Source: Lytechinus pictus
Lineage: Eukaryota
Assembly: GCF_037042905.1 (NCBI RefSeq)
Contig: NC_087250.1
Coordinates: 8,248,001-8,312,000, forward strand
Length of the DNA stretch: 64,000 nt
Reading direction: 5' to 3'
Shown here: positions 63,714-64,000 of the stretch, one piece after another
Position numbering within the stretch: position 1 is the stretch's first letter
Layout: each line of letters starts with the position of its first letter
The notes under the pieces: model-generated
Told to the model about the DNA's origin: nothing
Databases searched by the model: none
The model's input: only the letters and a program-made list of their open reading frames with translations
Program-made: the position numbers and the translations under genes

Positions 63714-63905
63714 TGTAGACCTGTAGTGTGAACATATATAGATGCATGTGTTCTTCATTATTTCTTGATCATCCTCGATCTCTTCTCTTGTTAGTCGTCA
63801 ATATTCCATCTTTTCTTCCATCACCTTCTTTACATTCCCTTCAACATGCCAGATTCACTCTTCCATCCCTTTTTTTGTTCATGCTTTATTATGTTCACTC
63901 ATACT
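63714..63905 (+). mobile_element. Start of the LTR-II 5' LTR in copy B, interrupted near the window end
   Basis: ACAGTAA|TGTAGA junction and sequence homologous to 24638-24805. Confidence 0.7.
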
Positions 63906-64000
63906 CAGGGTGACCAGATTTCACAAAATGAAATACGGGATCTAGAGGGCGGCAAAATCATGAGCGGTGCTAGATTAAAAAGTGCTAAAATGTCCAACCA

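Larger units (their letters stand above)
40400..63905 (+). repeat. Tandem segmental duplicate of ~480-24805
   Basis: Collinear anchors 2788/42495, 11118/48948, 20167/56845, 23990/63051, 24638/63714. Non-alignable between 21580-23990 and 58760-63050. Confidence 0.95.

Overview
AT-rich, intron-containing, repeat-dense animal DNA. The repeat landscape looks like a marine invertebrate, possibly an echinoderm; this is my inference and is not verified. The window holds two tandem copies (A ~1-24.8 kb, B ~40-63.9 kb, offset ~37-40 kb) of a minus-strand multi-exon gene that the ORF track does not assemble. Reading splice sites and phases by hand gives: an exon with a GCCACCATG start encoding a PRDM9/SSX-type ancestral KRAB (aKRAB) box; a second exon carrying the PxFM continuation; a possible 27-nt microexon; a 74-nt exon; an exon of 53-aa tandem repeats; and a terminal exon with one isolated C2H2 finger, a spacer, and a 22 (A) or 24 (B) finger array. 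The predicted proteins are ~987 aa (A) and ~1102 aa (B). I found no PR/SET or clear SSXRD exon, so these look like SET-less aKRAB-zinc-finger genes expanding in tandem with rapidly diverging finger arrays, resembling vertebrate KRAB-ZNF clusters. Introns and spacer are packed with transposons: an intact Tc1 (DD34E), TTAA-targeting Kolobok- and piggyBac-like elements, Harbinger-like MITEs, DIRS relics, tRNA-SINEs, a Penelope-like inverted fragment, and a three-level nest of LTR retroelements. The nest includes a near-intact Gypsy with TA..TA LTR ends and a non-coding LTR element whose PBS is extended into a ~45-nt tRNA-Leu copy.
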